A stretch of 64,000 nt of DNA. Origin: Naegleria gruberi. Its lineage: Eukaryota. Both the position numbers and the translations under genes were made by a program. Shown piece after piece: positions 44,409 through 54,752 of this stretch. Every line of letters starts with the position of its first letter. The stretch's first letter is position 1. A model generated the notes under the pieces. That model did not search any database, had not been told where the DNA came from, and was given only the letters and a program-made list of their open reading frames with translations. The DNA lies in assembly GCA_000004985.1 (NCBI GenBank), contig GG738888.1; one strand, given 5' to 3'.

Positions 44409-45656
44409 ATGGCAGAAAGAAACTCTTGTCCTTATCTTAAAGCTCTTTCGAAGGCTTCAAGCCTTCAAGAAGGAGAGAAATGTATTCATTGTAATAGTAC
44501 TGGTTGCATCAGTGATTGTAATAGTAATAGTGCTCAGAGGATGTTGGGTAAATTGGATCAAAAAGAGACAATGGAAATATTAGACAATGTTATAATACAT
44601 TTCGGAAAGAATAGTAGAGTAGTAACATCTTCATCATCGTCATCATTACTTTCGAATCAAGTGGACGGAAAGGATAATTGTAATTGTTTTTCTTCGTGGT
44701 TCAAGAATAATAACAAGACCTTTTTGTGGGATTCTGATTTGAAAAAGGCATTTGTAGCCGATTCAAATGTACCTTTTCAAACAGCACCAAGCACAAGTTG
44801 TAAAATTGATACCTCCTCGAGTTTGTTTAATTCTTTCAAGGAATTTGTAAGCAATTCTGGGAGCTCTCCTCAAACCAAGCAGCTGGGATCTGACAACAGT
44901 GAAAGAAGAGGCGATAAGGAATTGCTACTCAATCATCATTCGAAAATCATTGAGGATTTGAAAAGCTGTTGGAAAAGGAGGCATCAAATAAGGCCATTCC
45001 CAGATAACATCTCATGGTTGCTGGCACTTCTCCGAGAGTGGAAGATTCCATTTAAAAATCTATTTGAAAATCAGGAGATTGAATGTAGTAAGGAAGAAGC
45101 TAATCCCAAGATTTTCATTGGGTTCAAGAGGCATGACGTTAGAGCATACTTTAGAAATTGTATAATGACAGCTCTTCATGCAATTACTCAATTCAAATTA
45201 CCATCAGTTACTTGCATTTTAGGAGATGAGCACCATGTGTACATATTCAAAATTGATTACAAGAGGAGTTTGAAGAAGACTATCCTTTCCATTTTCAAGT
45301 ATGCAATGTACAACCATTGGAATCATCAATGCTCCCTCTATCTCCATTTGTACAAGTTGTTTGATAGTTATCTGCCCACGGAGTGTTCTGTTTCTGCATT
45401 TGATGTAAAATCAGAGGAGGAAAATGAATCCCTCAATGTTACATCTACCAGTAACAACAGTGGAGATCAGGAGTCTTTATCAGACAAGCAATTACCAACA
45501 GTGAATTCATCCCTAGTTGAGGATTCATCAACAACAGCACTCGATAGTATCTCATCACAACATGAAATATCCTCCCCAAAAATCCAAGCAATCAAACAAC
45601 GAACTGAAGAAATACTGAGAACCATCTCTTCTCAACATCGTTCCCAAAGTCGTTAA
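44409..45656 (+). CDS. Hypothetical protein (415 aa) with Cys-rich N-terminus, no recognised domain
   Basis: Long ATG-initiated ORF. N-terminal CPYLKALSKASSLQEGEKCIHCNSTGCISDC. Mid-region W/H-rich segment (WLLALLREWKIPFKNLF). S/T-rich C-terminus. Confidence 0.4.
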   Translation: MAERNSCPYLKALSKASSLQEGEKCIHCNSTGCISDCNSNSAQRMLGKLDQKETMEILDNVIIHFGKNSRVVTSSSSSSLLSNQVDGKDNCNCFSSWFKNNNKTFLWDSDLKKAFVADSNVPFQTAPSTSCKIDTSSSLFNSFKEFVSNSGSSPQTKQLGSDNSERRGDKELLLNHHSKIIEDLKSCWKRRHQIRPFPDNISWLLALLREWKIPFKNLFENQEIECSKEEANPKIFIGFKRHDVRAYFRNCIMTALHAITQFKLPSVTCILGDEHHVYIFKIDYKRSLKKTILSIFKYAMYNHWNHQCSLYLHLYKLFDSYLPTECSVSAFDVKSEEENESLNVTSTSNNSGDQESLSDKQLPTVNSSLVEDSSTTALDSISSQHEISSPKIQAIKQRTEEILRTISSQHRSQSR

Positions 45657-46459
45657 CTTTGCAATCAAACAGTTCAACAGTTTCTCTTTTCATTAATAAA
45701 TTGAATTGAACAATATTACTTGTTACTCCATCATTGTACTAACATTTTGAGAATCCTTATAATCTTCAATAATAAACCATTCAAAATAGCCAAATCTCAC
45801 TTACCTGAACATTAGCTTACAACAACCATGAAACTATTCAATTCTGACTTCCAGGGGAGAACAATGTTGATGTCCGCGTGTGATTGAAAAAATAAATAAA
45901 TAAAATTATGGTTCAAAAAACAACCAAAAGCCAGCCAATTTTTTAAAAATATTCCTTCAGTCTATTTTCGCAGTAAAACAAGGTCATTGGGTACTTTAGC
46001 AATTTTTTCAATACTTGTTATGTTTCAATTAACAAAATCATCTATTATGATACATTACATTAACTCAGATCTAATTATGTGTTTTTGTTTTGATTGGATA
46101 TATATCACAGTAGTATAAAAGAGTGGAATATCAGTATCAGGTTTTAGAGAAGAATTTTGACTTAATGTTACAATAACAACATTCAACACGTTCTTTGTTA
46201 TCAAATATATCACTTGAGAAAATAAAAATTTATAGATATGGCCATAGACATTATAGGATTGAAATATAAAAAGATCTACGATTGATAATGGATGCATAAC
46301 AAGCTATAAGGTGTGGTTCCAATTATATATACTAGTTGTCAATACAACAAAAAACAATTTTTACAATTTTAAAAATTTTTAACTTTTTTGTTAACTTTTA
46401 GATTACTCTTTCGTCATCTTTAAACAAAATCAATATGGTAATAAACCATTTGATGTTTC

Positions 46460-46990
46460 TTCAGTGGTTACTATATCATCTAAATGTTCTATTCAAGAAA
46501 GATGGATCTGTGAAACACTTGTGCTGCATCTTGTTTTGTTGCAGGGAGTATGTGCAAATTTTATCGCAACATAATTTGAGCGGAAAATTATGTCTATGAA
46601 GTCTTCATCTTTATTCATGTTGAAAATAATGTTAAACCTCCTAATATTTTTACAGATGCTAGTAAAGTATTCAGATATTGTAACTTGAAAAGATGAAGTT
46701 CTGAAACATTTGTGCTGCCTGTTAATTTGTTGTATGAAATAGTATCAAATTTTTATCATCACAAAATTTGATGAAAAATCTTGTCAACAATTTCTGCGTT
46801 CTAATTCTCGAAACCTGTATTCACAACCCACACGATATTTTCACAGTTAGTAGTATGTCATACAAATGCCAGATTATGAAAAGATGAGGTTTTGTCTCGG
46901 GCGTGCTAAGTATGAATTTATTGTTGGAAAGTTTGATACTATTTTTCTTAATAGTAACAGAACCCTACACCGATAAATTTCATCAGTTAG
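46460..46990. repeat. Tandem repeat, period about 188 bp, about 3 degenerate copies, in the intergenic region upstream of the 7TM receptor gene
   Basis: Copies anchored by the conserved core (a/t)GAAA(a/g)ATG(a/g)N(g/t)..TG(a/t)AACA(c/t)TTGTGCTGC at about 46497, 46685 and 46872. Each is preceded by a similar about 45-nt segment and followed by ATCAAATTTTTATC-like sequence. About 75% identity between units. Confidence 0.6.
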
Positions 46991-47210
46991 TTGCTCGGGT
47001 CGTAATTGATAACATCTCCACTGATGATGATCTAAAACCATATATTCATTGTTTCCGAGTGTTGAGTTGTGGAATTTTGGTCAGTAACACGATTTTCAGG
47101 CCATTTTTGATCACTATGTTCCCCCCTGCTGACTTCTCTTCTTTCTTGTTGAAAAATAGAAACATTGTCTTTTTCGCTGATTTAAGGGCTTTTTTTCAAA
47201 GGAGAAAAAA

Positions 47211-48920
47211 ATGACGTTCCACAAACTTCTCTCATCGCATCTTTACTCAGTGCTGAGGAATTGTCAAAGTCTGCTTTTAAGACCATTCGATGGTTCATTG
47301 TCAACAACAACAGCAACAACTTCTACTCTTGATACTGCTGCCTCTACTATTTTAAATAATGGTAATAGTAATTATAATAATAATAATGGATCACCGTCTT
47401 CGTCGTTGAGTAGATTTTTATTAGGTTTAATAATAGGAGGAAAAGAGCAACAACAACAATATTTGCCATCACCAGCATCATCATTTAATTATCACTCGGA
47501 GATGGTCTATGGGCAATCGTTATGGAATTCAACAGATCACTACTCTTTGCATCAGGAACCACCAGCATCACTGCCAAGTTTAATACTTGCTGAACAAATT
47601 GCCAACATTCTCAGTATTTGTGTTATTGTCTTTAGTTTTTTATGTAGTCTTTTCGTTTTGATTAATTTATGCAAGAAGAATATGAAAGCAGAGAGGGAAG
47701 AAAAAAGTCTTATTGACAGATATGAATATACAAATCCATCATTGGTTGAACCATTAACAACCAAGAAACATTTATATACCAAGTTGATTTCATTTTGCAT
47801 CTTGTGTATGATCATTTCAGATTTATTATTTACAACATTCTATTTTCCAACTAATACTCTTAGATTAATAAGAGGTTTCTTATTTGAGGATCTTCCTAAA
47901 TCAGAAGCTAGCAAAATAGATCCATACTTTACCATTCCAATTTATATAACAGCTGAAATTACTGAAATGTTTGTGATTAGTAGTGGTTTCTTTTCAATGC
48001 TCTTGACTCTTTGCATTTACAAGACAATCAAGAGTATTAAACCAAGTGTAGGAAATGATAATGATTCCAATTATTCACAATCAACAAGATCACCAATAGC
48101 ATCTTACAATAATAATCAAAACAATTCTTATGGAACTTCGGATAATTACTATGCCAATAATAATAATCAGGATCAAGACGATTATTATGCAAACAGTGGA
48201 AATGACAGATTAATAACTGCCTCTCCTCAATCTGAAACCTCTGTAAATACTCCTCCACACGATGATTATGACATGCAAAATAATGAAAACATTCAACAAA
48301 CATCTCTGAAAGGAAGATATGAAAAGTTGCAAAAGAAAAAGGGGTGGTATCAATTGGGTTTTTGTTTGATTTCTTGGGGATTACCAGGAGTTTTAGCCAT
48401 TGTTTGGATTGTTGTTGAAGAATTATATTTGGGAGGACAGAGTGCACCAAGAGATGTCTTTTTTGCAAATATCATTCCTGATGTTGTAAAGAATATGATC
48501 TATATTGCAATTGAGGTTGCCTCACTAGCATTGAGAATAATGATCTACTGGGTAACAAAGAAGCTCTTCCGTGACACAACCATTGTTCATAATACACCAA
48601 GTGCCAAGAAGAAGAGAGAGAAGGAACGTAATCTTTTCAAGCAATTGCTCTTCTATGCCTTACCATTCTTCTTGTTTGGTGTTTGGGTTATTGTGTACAG
48701 ATTGGCCACTGATATCATTTACGTAGTTCGTGTCGCAGAGCATGGATTGGATTCCTTCTCTGATGATTTGGATTTGCCTGGATTAATTGTTTTGAGTATT
48801 CACCACATTTTGAGCCCTCTGAGAGCTTTTGCCAATAGTGTTGTCTATTGCTTGTTATCAAAGTGGTTCAGTGATAGAGTGAAAGGATCTTTCCGTAGGT
48901 GTTGTGGTCAAAGAAATTAA
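47211..48920 (+). CDS. Seven-transmembrane GPCR-like receptor (569 aa) with long N-terminal and 3rd-loop low-complexity regions
   Basis: Seven hydrophobic helices: ILSICVIVFSFLCSLFVLINL, LISFCILCMIISDLLFTTFYFP, IYITAEITEMFVISSGFFSMLLTLCIY, LGFCLISWGLPGVLAIVWIVV, MIYIAIEVASLALRIMIYWV, LLFYALPFFLFGVWVIVYRL, LIVLSIHHILSPLRAFANSVVYCLLS. TM7 carries an NPxxY-like ANSVVY. N/Q/S-rich inserts. Confidence 0.5.
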   Translation: MTFHKLLSSHLYSVLRNCQSLLLRPFDGSLSTTTATTSTLDTAASTILNNGNSNYNNNNGSPSSSLSRFLLGLIIGGKEQQQQYLPSPASSFNYHSEMVYGQSLWNSTDHYSLHQEPPASLPSLILAEQIANILSICVIVFSFLCSLFVLINLCKKNMKAEREEKSLIDRYEYTNPSLVEPLTTKKHLYTKLISFCILCMIISDLLFTTFYFPTNTLRLIRGFLFEDLPKSEASKIDPYFTIPIYITAEITEMFVISSGFFSMLLTLCIYKTIKSIKPSVGNDNDSNYSQSTRSPIASYNNNQNNSYGTSDNYYANNNNQDQDDYYANSGNDRLITASPQSETSVNTPPHDDYDMQNNENIQQTSLKGRYEKLQKKKGWYQLGFCLISWGLPGVLAIVWIVVEELYLGGQSAPRDVFFANIIPDVVKNMIYIAIEVASLALRIMIYWVTKKLFRDTTIVHNTPSAKKKREKERNLFKQLLFYALPFFLFGVWVIVYRLATDIIYVVRVAEHGLDSFSDDLDLPGLIVLSIHHILSPLRAFANSVVYCLLSKWFSDRVKGSFRRCCGQRN

Positions 48921-49124
48921 AACTATTTATTATTTAAATAACAATTCAATTTGTTTTTACTAGCTATTATTGGGAAGAAGAATATGAGGTGGAATATCAA
49001 CAAGTGGAAGAAGCAAGTTGCTAATCATCAACTGTTGTTGTGTGAAAAAGAAAAGGGTGTGGAATATATCATCGGAATCAATGAAAACTCTGATCATCAA
49101 TATAATTGAAACTAGCTACAAAAT

Positions 49125-49664
49125 TTAGAACATGGAAGAGCTATCTTCATCTCTCAAATATTGACCAACATCAGCTTGGTGGAAACATACGATATCTGTT
49201 GGTTTAACATATCTACATTCATCCGTCGACTTTGCAGCTACACCAAAACCTAATGGAACATCATTCATATTCATAACAACAACACCTTGATATTGTGGAC
49301 AATCTTCAGTCATTCTACCCAAACCAGTCTTCAAAATGTGATTACCATAGAGGAATGAAAGTTCTGCTTGAGGTTTAACCCAAACTTTATACTCGGCATA
49401 TTGAGCAATATAATCCAAACAAGTTACTTCAAGTTTAAACTTTTTAGATTTGGAAAATCTACCAAAGCAAACTCCCACAGTTTTCAGCCTTTCAAATGTA
49501 ATGTTTTCAGCAAATTGTAATACTTGATTACTCATGTAGAAAACCTTATCTTTATGAAATCGGAAAGAGTATTTATCGTTAATTAATTGCTTGACATTCT
49601 TGCCAATATACTTGGTAAGTTTATCAAAGAAAGTTTCCATCTCCTCATCAGTTAGTGGACGCAT
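49125..49664 (-). CDS. NIP7: 60S ribosomal subunit biogenesis protein NIP7 (PUA domain), about 179 aa
   Basis: Collinear with NIP7: MRPLTDEEMETFFDKLTKYIGKN..., YMSNQVLQFAENI, LKTVGVCFGRFSKSKKFKLEVTCLDYIAQYAEYKVWVKPQAELSFLYGNHILKTGLGRMTEDCPQYQGVVVMNMNDVPLGFGVAAKSTDECRYVKPTDIVCFHQADVGQYLRDE. Track ORF starts 16 codons earlier (49712); conserved MRPLT start corresponds to 49664. Confidence 0.85.
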   Translation of the reverse strand: MRPLTDEEMETFFDKLTKYIGKNVKQLINDKYSFRFHKDKVFYMSNQVLQFAENITFERLKTVGVCFGRFSKSKKFKLEVTCLDYIAQYAEYKVWVKPQAELSFLYGNHILKTGLGRMTEDCPQYQGVVVMNMNDVPLGFGVAAKSTDECRYVKPTDIVCFHQADVGQYLRDEDSSSMF

Positions 49665-50063
49665 TTTTTTTATGAGTGTTGTTGGTGAGAGTTTCAACTT
49701 TTTGGTGAACAAAAATAATTTTCATCAGCAAATTGTATTTATTGATGAAGATGAGAGAATTTATTGAATAGAAATTTGAAGGAGTGAGAGAAAAAATTGA
49801 ACGGCAATGATTTGGAGAGAGGATGGTGGTGGGAGTGAGATGGACTCTTTTCCGATTTGAGGGAAGAATTGGGAAGATGATTTTATTCAATTTTTCTTGA
49901 ATTATTTCATCATTGAAAATAACTTGAAAATATGAGGGCAACTGGTTTCTGTCAAGATAAAGATCAGAATATTAGTGAAATACCAAACATATCAAAGCAT
50001 TATTGGTTCTGTTTGTTTCAAATCTCTTTATAATTTTATTTTAATTTTCAAAATTAAAAAAAA

Positions 50064-51506
50064 ATGCAAAACAACAAGAGGAATATTGTTATTGCAGTCA
50101 TCATGATGATGATGTTTGCAACAACATTTATTTGCGGATCATCAGAAACTGCCTCTAAAATTAAGGAATATTTAAATCAACACAAATCAGATGTTAAAAA
50201 CTTGGAAACATTCCAAAGATGGGTCAGATATCCATCACTTCCTGAACAAGAACATGATGTTCAAATTGATATTGCTAAATACTTGAAGGAAGAATTAAAG
50301 TTTAACAAGGTTGATATTTGGACTATGGATGAACAAACAGCTGAATTGGAAAATAACAAATTCTTTAATACTCCACGTAGTTTTGATTCCTTGGCTAAAT
50401 CACCAATTGTTGTTGGTGTTTTGGATGGAAGTGCTCCAGAAGAAGTTGAAACATCAACTGAAGGACAAGTTACTGCATTCAAGAAGCATAAATCCCTGAT
50501 TATCAATGGACATATTGATGTCGTTCCTGTCGGTAATCCAAAGGCTTGGTATTTGGAAAACCCTTTCAGTGGTCACATTAACAATTCCAATATTTATGGT
50601 AGAGGTACTACTGATATGAAGGGTGGTTTGTATGCTGGTTTGTTGGCTATTGAAGCTGTTCAAAGAGCTCTCAATGTCACTAACATGAAGGGTAAGATTA
50701 TTGTTCACAGTGTTGTTGAAGAAGAAAGTGGTGGTGCTGGTACTGTCAGTGCTGTTTTGAGAGGATATGGTCATGCTGATGCTGGTATTTTCCCAGAACC
50801 TTCTAATTTCTTAATTTTCCCACAACAACAAGGTTCTTTGTGGTTCAGAATTACTGTCCATGGTAAGAGTGCTCATGGTGGTACTAGATATGACGGTATT
50901 AGTGCTATTGAAAAGTCTCAAATTGTCTTGAATGCTATCAAGAAATTGGAATTTGAAAGAACTCATCTCATTAGAAATGTTCTCAAGCAAAAACTCTTTG
51001 AAAATATTACCATTCCAGTTCCAATCAATGTTGGTGTTATTAAGGGTGGTGAATGGCCAAGTAGTGTTCCAGATTTTACTGTCATTGAAGGTCGTTTTGG
51101 TATTATTCCAAATTATGAAACTGTTGAAGATGCCAAGAAGGTTTTGAATGATTTGGTTTTCAAGATTATTGTAGAAGAAGATCCAGAACATTTCAATGCT
51201 TACCCATCTAAATTGGAATTTATTGGTGCCAGTTGGGTTCCAGGTTATGTCCCATTAGAACATGAATTTGTTAGTCAGCTTACTAAATCCTTCAGTCAAG
51301 TCACTGGACAAGATCCAATTATTGCCTCAAGTCCTTGGGCTACTGATGCTGGTTACGTTAATGCTTTGGGTAATACACCTAGTGTTGTGTTTGGACCTGG
51401 TGTCACTCATATGGCTCACCAAACTAATGAATATATTCCAATTGAAAATATTTACAAGGCTGCTGAAGTTATTGCTAATACCATTGTTGATTGGTGTGGT
51501 GTTTAA
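50064..51506 (+). CDS. Secreted peptidase M20 family metallo-hydrolase (acetylornithine deacetylase/carboxypeptidase-S-like)
   Basis: 480-aa ORF with signal peptide (MQNNKRNIVIAVIMMMMFATTFICGSS). M20 metal-binding motifs: HIDVVPVG, GRGTTDMKGG, VEEESGGAG. Dimerisation-domain region follows, then the C-terminal His (THMAHQTNEY). Confidence 0.75.
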   Translation: MQNNKRNIVIAVIMMMMFATTFICGSSETASKIKEYLNQHKSDVKNLETFQRWVRYPSLPEQEHDVQIDIAKYLKEELKFNKVDIWTMDEQTAELENNKFFNTPRSFDSLAKSPIVVGVLDGSAPEEVETSTEGQVTAFKKHKSLIINGHIDVVPVGNPKAWYLENPFSGHINNSNIYGRGTTDMKGGLYAGLLAIEAVQRALNVTNMKGKIIVHSVVEEESGGAGTVSAVLRGYGHADAGIFPEPSNFLIFPQQQGSLWFRITVHGKSAHGGTRYDGISAIEKSQIVLNAIKKLEFERTHLIRNVLKQKLFENITIPVPINVGVIKGGEWPSSVPDFTVIEGRFGIIPNYETVEDAKKVLNDLVFKIIVEEDPEHFNAYPSKLEFIGASWVPGYVPLEHEFVSQLTKSFSQVTGQDPIIASSPWATDAGYVNALGNTPSVVFGPGVTHMAHQTNEYIPIENIYKAAEVIANTIVDWCGV

Positions 51507-51646
51507 TTTATTTAAATTTTTATTAAATTATTATTTATTAATACATATTAATTGATTTTCTTATTTATTTAAAAATTGGAAAATACTCTAAAAATAAATT
51601 CCAAATAAAAAATATTTAAATTTCCATCTTCCTTTGGAACCAACAA

Positions 51647-52423
51647 ATGACTGATCATATCAAAGTTAGAACAGTTTTGGATGGTATTGTCAAGGTACCA
51701 AAATCCACTACTCTACAAACCATCACCGATCTCAAGAAGGGAATTTACAATTTACGAGGATGGGAAGCATCCACACAACATTTGTATCAGAATGGTACTG
51801 AGTTGAAGGATGATCAAACTCTTTCCGATTCACTTCTTTCCAAAGGCTTTGTATTATTAATTCCAATTAATCATCAACAGAGAAGATATAAGAGTAAGAT
51901 AGAGATTGAATCGGAGGCTCAACAATCAACAGCTAGTAGTGGTTCTAATTTATTGCCAACAACTCCAACATCATCAGGATCAACCGGATCAGTCTCTGAT
52001 CAATTGGCACAAATTATGCATGAATTTACATCAACTCATCCTTCAGGAAATACCACTACAACCACCACTGCAACAAGACCTCCAACACAACCTGTACAAA
52101 ATACTACACAACCAAGAACAACTGCACCACCAACGACAACTCAACCACCAAGACCAACCCAACCAAGTATTAGTGATATTCAAAGACAATTATTAATTGA
52201 TAATTTCCCTGTAGATGATGGTTTGGTAGGCATGGTTATGGAGTTGGGTTTTTCAAAGAGAATTGCAAAGAAGGCTCTCATTCTTCATAATCTCGACCCA
52301 GAAGCTGCAGTGGAATGGATATTTTCAAACGTTGATAATCCATACATATTGGAAAGTGAATTTAGTGTAGAAGAACTCATGCAATTAGCTCAAAAATACC
52401 AAAATGCAATGAGAGACGAATAG
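51647..52423 (+). CDS. Ubiquitin-like (N-terminal) plus UBA (C-terminal) protein, proteasome-shuttle-like (258 aa)
   Basis: N-terminal about 75 aa has ubiquitin-fold spacing (IKVRTVLDGIVKVPKSTTLQTITDLKKGI...LKDDQTLSDSLLSKGFVLLI). T/P/Q-rich linker. C-terminal LVGMVMELGFSKRIAKKALILHNLDPEAAVEWIF is a UBA-type three-helix motif. Confidence 0.5.
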   Translation: MTDHIKVRTVLDGIVKVPKSTTLQTITDLKKGIYNLRGWEASTQHLYQNGTELKDDQTLSDSLLSKGFVLLIPINHQQRRYKSKIEIESEAQQSTASSGSNLLPTTPTSSGSTGSVSDQLAQIMHEFTSTHPSGNTTTTTTATRPPTQPVQNTTQPRTTAPPTTTQPPRPTQPSISDIQRQLLIDNFPVDDGLVGMVMELGFSKRIAKKALILHNLDPEAAVEWIFSNVDNPYILESEFSVEELMQLAQKYQNAMRDE

Positions 52424-52836
52424 AAGAGGAAACAATTACTGAGCAAATTATCTCTGTATTATTATCTCTTTTCAACAAAATGCAAAATGCATTACTGAAT
52501 ACAATTTTCTCCAATTAGGACTTGTTTTATTTCAATAACAATTATTTTAATGACGGAAAAGGAGGAACTGATGTACGAAACTGAACTCGCTTCTTAGCCA
52601 TTAATGAGTTTGGTTCATCTATAATAATCTGTGATTGCTCCATGATAATGCATGATCCTTACTTGATGGATTCTATTCTTCCATTAATGCCAACCACATT
52701 TTACAAAACAGGATCCTAAGAACCACAACTTATAAATGGTGATATCGGTATACAGAAATGTTATCAGCACAAGTCACCTTTCAATGTTTATCCTTACTCA
52801 ACAATGCGGATACAAGGCATTTGATTATATAATAGG

Positions 52837-54342
52837 ATGCAACCAACACACCACGACAATCCAAAACAACGACTGTCTTACAATTTAAAACGACATTATT
52901 GCCCCACAACTTCTAAAAAACAACACAACAATATGCAATCCAAATCCACATCCAAATTACCAACCACCAAGAGGTTATCTTTGCAAACAACCAATTCCAC
53001 ATCTCGCCTCAACAATGAACATAATAGACGCTCTCTCAATTCATCCACGACTAATTGTGATACATGTTCCACTACATCTAGTAGCACATCCTCAACCAAT
53101 ACTGATTCATTCTACTCAACTACAGAAGCAAGTATGCTGAGTGTGAGTATGGAATTGTTGGACACAATGATTGTTTATCCAGGTGGTAAACACTCAGTGT
53201 TACAACTCAGTGAAAAGCATCGTATATTGTTAGTATTTATCAAATGGTTTGGTTGTCCAATTTGTCAGAATGTCATTGATGACTTACAGAGATATCTGTC
53301 AAGCTTTTTATTGTTAAATATTGTTCCAGTAGTTTGTCATCAAGAAGATATTTCCAAGTTTTCAGAATACCTTTCGAATACTCAATTATTGCATTGTAGG
53401 ATAACCAAGGAAATGAAGAAGGAATTCTCTGTCAAGAAAGCTTCCCTCCTAAAACATGCCAAAGTAATGCCAAGCATGATCAAGTTAATGGTACAGAAAA
53501 AGAAGAAATTCTTCTTGCCTTCAGCTCATGAAATCAAAGGTATGGACATGCTTTCATCATTTGGCATGTATATTGTACATAAGGGACAAGTAACAAGCAG
53601 CTATTCATCTGATATTTTGAATGCAAGACCAGATTATGGTGTTTTCTTGTTCCACTTGAAAGAAGATCATTTATATTCAGATAGTTCATCTCCAGAAGAC
53701 TTTCTTCCAAGACTTTTAAAGCTATTCCCAAACATGAAGATGGTATTTGAGGAATTGAGAGAGAAGAGAAAACAACAACCTGAATTATCATCCCTTCCAC
53801 TCACACCTAGAGGATCTAATTTCAGTACTAGTTTTAAAAACAATGAAGAGGATGAATTCTCATTGAAAAATGTCTTGGAAAATGCAACCATGAGAACATT
53901 CTTCAAGGCCTTCCTATCCAATCAATATTGTTTGGAGCCAGTTATCTTTTATGAGCAAGTTAAAATGTTCAGAATGTTGTGTCAGAGAAGATCACCTGCC
54001 AGCCCATCATTCGAATATCAAATGGAGAATATTCTTGCACACAATTCACCTAGCTCAGCATTGGATTTGAAAATTCAAGAATGCAAACAGAAGGCCGAAT
54101 ACATAATTGATAACTTTTTGAAAGATACCTCCATGTTTCAAATCAATACAAGTGGAAAGTTATTAAGGAAATTATTCTCAGCCATTGAAGAGAAATGCTC
54201 TGATGAAACACTTTTTGATGATATTTTACAAGATATCATATCTAGCATGTTAGTGTTTCGTTTCGAAAATTTTATAGATTCACCTTTTTTCCAAGACATG
54301 ATTCATAGAGTACAATCGAATAAAGTTGTGACATCAAATTGA
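52837..54342 (+). CDS. RGS-domain protein with N-terminal thioredoxin-like CPxC region (501 aa); true start possibly the internal Met near 52935
   Basis: C-terminal half has FSLKNVLENATMRTFFKAFLSNQYCLEPVIFYEQVKMF (RGS signature F..FL..E.S.EN..F). N-terminal half has LLVFIKWFGCPICQ (CxxC in a thioredoxin-fold-like context). Confidence 0.5.
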   Translation: MQPTHHDNPKQRLSYNLKRHYCPTTSKKQHNNMQSKSTSKLPTTKRLSLQTTNSTSRLNNEHNRRSLNSSTTNCDTCSTTSSSTSSTNTDSFYSTTEASMLSVSMELLDTMIVYPGGKHSVLQLSEKHRILLVFIKWFGCPICQNVIDDLQRYLSSFLLLNIVPVVCHQEDISKFSEYLSNTQLLHCRITKEMKKEFSVKKASLLKHAKVMPSMIKLMVQKKKKFFLPSAHEIKGMDMLSSFGMYIVHKGQVTSSYSSDILNARPDYGVFLFHLKEDHLYSDSSSPEDFLPRLLKLFPNMKMVFEELREKRKQQPELSSLPLTPRGSNFSTSFKNNEEDEFSLKNVLENATMRTFFKAFLSNQYCLEPVIFYEQVKMFRMLCQRRSPASPSFEYQMENILAHNSPSSALDLKIQECKQKAEYIIDNFLKDTSMFQINTSGKLLRKLFSAIEEKCSDETLFDDILQDIISSMLVFRFENFIDSPFFQDMIHRVQSNKVVTSN

Positions 54343-54450
54343 TCATCATTTGAACACCTTTCAAATCTTCTGTCATTTGGAACAATACCAATATAATGAA
54401 TAAAGGAACCACTTATTATTTAATAATTTTATTCTTAAACATGATATCAA

Positions 54451-54531
54451 GTTGAGGTGGCCGAGTGGTTAAGGCGCCAGCCTGCTAAGTTGGTGGAGAA
54501 ATCCGCGTGGGTTCGAATCCCATCCTCAACG
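54451..54531 (+). tRNA. tRNA-Ser (anticodon GCU), class II tRNA with long variable arm
   Basis: GTTGAGGTGGCCGAGTGGTTAAGGCGCCAGCCTGCTAAGTTGGTGGAGAAATCCGCGTGGGTTCGAATCCCATCCTCAACG. 7-bp acceptor stem GTTGAGG/CCTCAAC. D-arm GCCGAGTGGTTAAGGC. Anticodon loop CT-GCT-AA. Long variable arm. T-arm GGGTTCGAATCCC. Discriminator G followed by TTTTTT (Pol III terminator). Confidence 0.85.
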
Positions 54532-54752
54532 TTTTTTCATGCTTGCATTTTTATCTCCAATCAACTTTCAAGTAGCTGCGGGTCAAGTCATCACTCTAAA
54601 TAATGGCACAATTTACAAAAAAACAAAAGAACTCACAACAACAGACCTTCCACCTCATCACTTCTTTAATCTTTTTCACATTAACTTCTCAACACATCAC
54701 AATTAAAATTTAATAATTAATTTATTCGAAACTATTCGTCATCAGCATAATT

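Noticed and set aside
46903-47214. 103-aa ORF immediately upstream of and overlapping the 7TM receptor start by 4 nt
   Set aside because: It lies inside the third unit of the 188-bp tandem repeat. No phase-consistent intron joins it to 47211..48920.
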